Of a DNA stretch of 64,000 nucleotides, positions 60,310 to 64,000 are shown in pieces. The translations under genes were made by a program, and so were the position numbers. Under the pieces are notes generated by a model, which saw only the letters and a program-made list of their open reading frames with translations, searched no databases and had not been told where the DNA came from. Each line of letters starts with the position of its first letter. Position 1 is the first letter of the stretch. Origin of the DNA: Glaucostegus cemiculus (Eukaryota); contig CDPCPM010000050.1 of the NCBI GenBank assembly GCA_976551045.1, forward strand, positions 2,790,001 to 2,854,000, given 5' to 3'.

Positions 60310-61600
60310 TTTCCCCTTGAGGAAACTGTTTCCATCGGGGGAGTGGAGTCAGATCCGGGTGCGTGGCACCACGAGTGACTCAACTGCATCAGAGGGGAGG
60401 AAGAAGAGTGAAAGGGCAGTGGTGGTGTGAGATTCATCAGTTCAGGGTGGTGGCCGTCGGGCGTTTCAGTGGCCGCAGATGTGACAGTGTTGTGCCTGAG
60501 TCAAGGATGTCACTGTACAGCAACAAAAGATCCTAAAAAGAGAACGGAGCGGATGAAAAATCAGATGGGGTGGTTCATATCGGTACCGACGACATGGATT
60601 AAAGTAAGGGAAGAGGCCCTGCGGACAGAATTTACAGGGGTAAGAAAGAGGTGAAGAAACGGGAGCTCAATGGTAGAAACCTTAGGATCACTCCGTGTAA
60701 CCCATACAGAAGAGACGATGCGGGAGAGAGGGCTTTAGATTTTTGAGGCAAAGGCATGAAATCTGGAACATGTGAACGTTTACAACTGGGACAGGTTGCA
60801 ACCCAGAAGGACCGGGGCCAGAATATGTAACAACGACAAGAGATGATGCATTTGAAAAAGCTTTTGGTGATGTTTCACATGAGAGGTTAGGGTGCAAAAT
60901 TCGAACACAGACACGTAATAAAGAGGCATTGAATGAAAATAGTTATCAGACTGCAAGCAGAGAGTCATGGAGTTTTACAGCACCAAGCAATCTCTCCGGC
61001 TGAGTTTGCCCATGCCGACCAAGGTGCATGACTGAGCTAGTCCCATTTGCCTAGATACCTCTAAATCTTTCCTAAAAGTGGACCTGTCTACATGTTATTT
61101 AAACGTAATTGCATCCATCTCTTTCACTTCCTCTGGCAAAGGAGAAGGAATGAATGGACGTTTTCGGTGACTAATGCTGGGATCCGTGCTTGGGACCCAG
61201 CTAATCACGAAATGTATCAATGATTTGGAGGAAAGAACAGAACGTATAATTTTGTGTTCATAACACAGAAATGCACTGAATAGTGAACTGTGAGAAGGAT
61301 GCAAAGTGGTAAGTTGCGTAAGCAAATTCATGATGGAATTCACTGCGATAGGAAAGGTGAATATTATGGAAAGGATTAAAGCTTTTACAAAGTAATATGT
61401 GTGTCTGGACACACTGTTCGCCCAAAGTGATCATGAGGTGAAGTGGTATATTTTTCTTCATTGCAAAAGGCCTCAAGTGCAGAAACAAGGCCATTTGTCA
61501 CACGGTGATCCTGTGCCTTGGTGAGATCACACCTGGAGTAGTGCATGTGCAGTCGTGGTCTCCTTAATTATGGGAAAAATATACGTCTCGTTTCCATACC
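60310..61600 (+). mobile_element. Decayed CR1 relic(s) including an ORF1-like segment; a short minus-strand CR1 3' end is embedded at ~60960-61140
   Basis: ggaagaagagtgaaagggcagtggtggtgtgagattcatcagttcaggg...gttcatatcggtaccgacgacat (CR1 ORF1-like) and ggtgagatcacacctggagtagtgcatgtgcagtcgtggtctcct (RPHLEYC region). Confidence 0.65.
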
Positions 61601-62512
61601 CTATGGAAAAACAGTGATTAATTATCCTACCTATGCCCTCATAATTTTATATAGCCCTCTAACGCTACCCCTCAGCCTCCTTCACTCCAGGGAAAACAGC
61701 CCCAGCCGATCCAATCTCCTTATAAGTCAAGCCCTCCGACCGATGCAACTTTCCTGTAAATACATTTTGTACCCTCTCCAACTTAATCACATGCTTCCTA
61801 CAGCGTGGTGACTAGAATTCCACACAATACTCCAAGTGCGGCCCAATCAACAACCTGTACAACTGTAACATGGCGTCCCAACTCCCATACTCACCTCAAA
61901 TGATGAAAGCAAGCATACCACATACCTTCTTCACCACTCAGCCTACCTGTAGCACCACTTTCAGGGAACTTCGTACTTCTATCTCAAGGTCTCGCTGTTT
62001 AATATCACTCCCCATGGCCCTGCCGTTCATTGTGTTTGTCCCAGCCTAGTTTGACTTCTCAAAATGCATCACTACGCGCTTGTATGAGTTAACTCCCATC
62101 AGCCATTCTCTTGCCTACTTTCCCAATTGATCTCGATCCTGTTGTAACCTTAAACAATCTTCTTAACTCTCCACTATAATTTTCGTGTTGTCTGTAGCCT
62201 TACTGATCATGCCACTTACATTCTCTTCCAAATCATTAATATATGTGACAACAAATAAAGGAACCAGCACAGATCCCAGCGGCACACAGCTGGTTTCATG
62301 AAAAGCAAACATCCACTACCATGCTGTTCCCTGCCATCAAGCAAATTCTGTGTCCAATTTGCGCTATCACCCTGGACCCTATGCAGTCTCACATTCTGGA
62401 TCAGCCTACCCTGCTGGACCCACTCAAAGGCCTCACTAACGGCAATGTAGAAAATGTCCATCACCCTGCCCGCATTCACACTTCTGGTCACCTCCTCAAA
62501 AAATGTAATCAA
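61600..62512 (-). mobile_element. Decayed CR1 ORF2 fragment (RT region)
   Basis: Visibly similar to the CR1 at 7.2-9.0 kb (cacacaatactccaagtgcggcc; gtcacctcctcaaaaaa). Translation begins ITFFEEVTRSVNAGRVMDI. Confidence 0.8.
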
Positions 62513-63759
62513 TTAAATGGTAAAGAAGAACCGAAAGGTGGATTGACCTACTCCTATTCCTGTTTTCCTTCTTTCTCTGTTTTTATCATCTCACGTTTGT
62601 ACTATGCTATATCCTTATGACTGAAGAAGCAGTGATAATTGAAATATTCCCATCCATATCATGTACAACTGTTGCGGCTAATTCCTATCCAAGTTCCATT
62701 TTCAAAGCTAAACGTCCCGGTGATGAACCTCTACAACACATTTTAAAATACTGCTGCCTGAAGATTTTGGGAAATGGAGACCAATGGATTAACTGAGGTG
62801 TTATCAGAGATTATCAGTAAAGGGGGATATAGAAGCTTGGAAAGGGAGCATTGCCCGTGACTTAACCTTAGAGTTTCCTAAGGTCAGGCGAAGCAAATTA
62901 TATTATCAAAAATCCATTGAGTATACGATAAAATATATGATTTGAAAAGTTTGGTCGAATGAGACTGGCAAATATGTGACCACGTGCTCGCAATATTGTC
63001 GTTTCTGCACTGGGCAGCAGTTGTTCTGGAATCCGTAGCGCTGCACATATGTAGCCTCGGTGCCTTTCTCCGCTTTCTCAATTCCTTTTCTAGCGCGTAA
63101 TGCAAATCATTGCCAGAAGGTTTCTAGAGTCATGAACGAATTCCGACGTCACAAACTGCATGGCTGACCCCCACCGACCATTATTCCGATGCGCTCCGCC
63201 GCTTGTCAAAGCACTGACTCAAGATGTACACTTAACACAGGGATGTTTGCACTAGGATTCTGTTGTACAGGATCCGCGAGCCCATTCATTTAAGTGGCGA
63301 TTACAGTACATTGGGAAATAAAGTTAAGAACAAGGTTACTACCATCTCAAAATATTTGTGTTTGGTTAAATATTTGTAACAGTGGTGCTTTGTTTGGGTT
63401 GATTCATATTTCTAATCCTTTGAATTGTTTATTTAATCGCTCAAAATAATGAAACATCTTAATAGAGCTCAAAGTTGATGGTGGGTTTTGCGCAGTGCCT
63501 CAGGTTTCCAGAGGCCCTTGGTTGGTGGGACTTCTGCCCATCACACCTCATCCAGTTCAGTTCATCGTCACCTTGCTGACACACAGAGCCGTTTTGAGAT
63601 CGTCTGAAACGTCCAGATGTGAGAAACATAAGGAGCGAGTGGAGCAGCAGGCGCCATTCGTAAACATCCGGGCCAATCTCTTTGAGGGATTCATTTCTCA
63701 ATGTCGAGAATGGTGTCCATTCAAGATTCCTGCCACAAAGATGAATTTCCCCAAAGTTT

Positions 63760-63860
63760 CTGACAAAGTGTCTTCCACTTGAAAGGTTAGTTCTGCTTCC
63801 CTTTTCACAGATGCTGCGTGACCTGCTGAGTTTTTGCATCGTTCTTATGTTTTTGGTATT
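63760..63860 (+). mobile_element. Degenerate copy of the Penelope-like short repeat
   Basis: ctgacaaagtgtcttccacttgaaaggtt...cagatgctgcgtgacctgctgagttttt resembles 5271-5373. Confidence 0.55.
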
Positions 63861-64000
63861 AATTTCTCCCTTCTATCTAACAGTACGTAATGGGGTTTAC
63901 AGGGTACAACATTTCCACCAACTGGCCCAGAGGCAGAAAGCACACATCAGTTAAATGACCGCTGTTTTTGAATTAACAGCACATGCCTCTGATTGTATGC

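Noticed and set aside
63459-63839. 126-aa minus-strand ORF at the window end
   Set aside because: No recognisable homology or splice structure, and it starts within a degenerate repeat.
1-64000. Prokaryotic systems (CRISPR arrays, operons, retrons, DGRs) suggested by RT ORFs next to variable repeats
   Set aside because: The RTs are vertebrate LINE fragments and the repeats are spliced Ig clusters. No short regularly spaced repeat array was seen.

Overview
Eukaryotic (vertebrate) genomic DNA, almost certainly from a cartilaginous fish (shark or ray; inferred from the gene organisation and the repeat types). The window is a tandem array of immunoglobulin light-chain mini-clusters of the lambda/type II (NS3-like) class, all on the minus strand. 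Each cluster is leader exon - ~90-bp intron - germline-joined VJ exon (no RSS) - 2.7-5.1 kb intron - single C exon. There are five leader+VJ units and four C exons. VJ at 32.1 kb and 58.9 kb form apparently intact genes with their C exons. VJ at 0.6 kb is intact but its C lies left of the window. VJ at 20.2 kb and 45.7 kb are recent paralogues, each killed by a different nonsense codon. The spacers are paralogous to each other and carry a layered record of insertions: CR1, L1/Tx1, Rex1/Babar, L2-like relics, V-SINEs, two solo LTRs and a Penelope-type hammerhead repeat. Many have readable target-site duplications and empty-site paralogues inside the window. Germline-joined lambda clusters are known biology. 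The less expected signals are a CTCF-like motif at the homologous position between clusters, a rigidly spaced E-box/octamer/CRE promoter module, a C exon apparently made by deletion between tandem copies of its 3' end, and a possible decayed J segment inside the long J-C introns. All alignments were done by eye.
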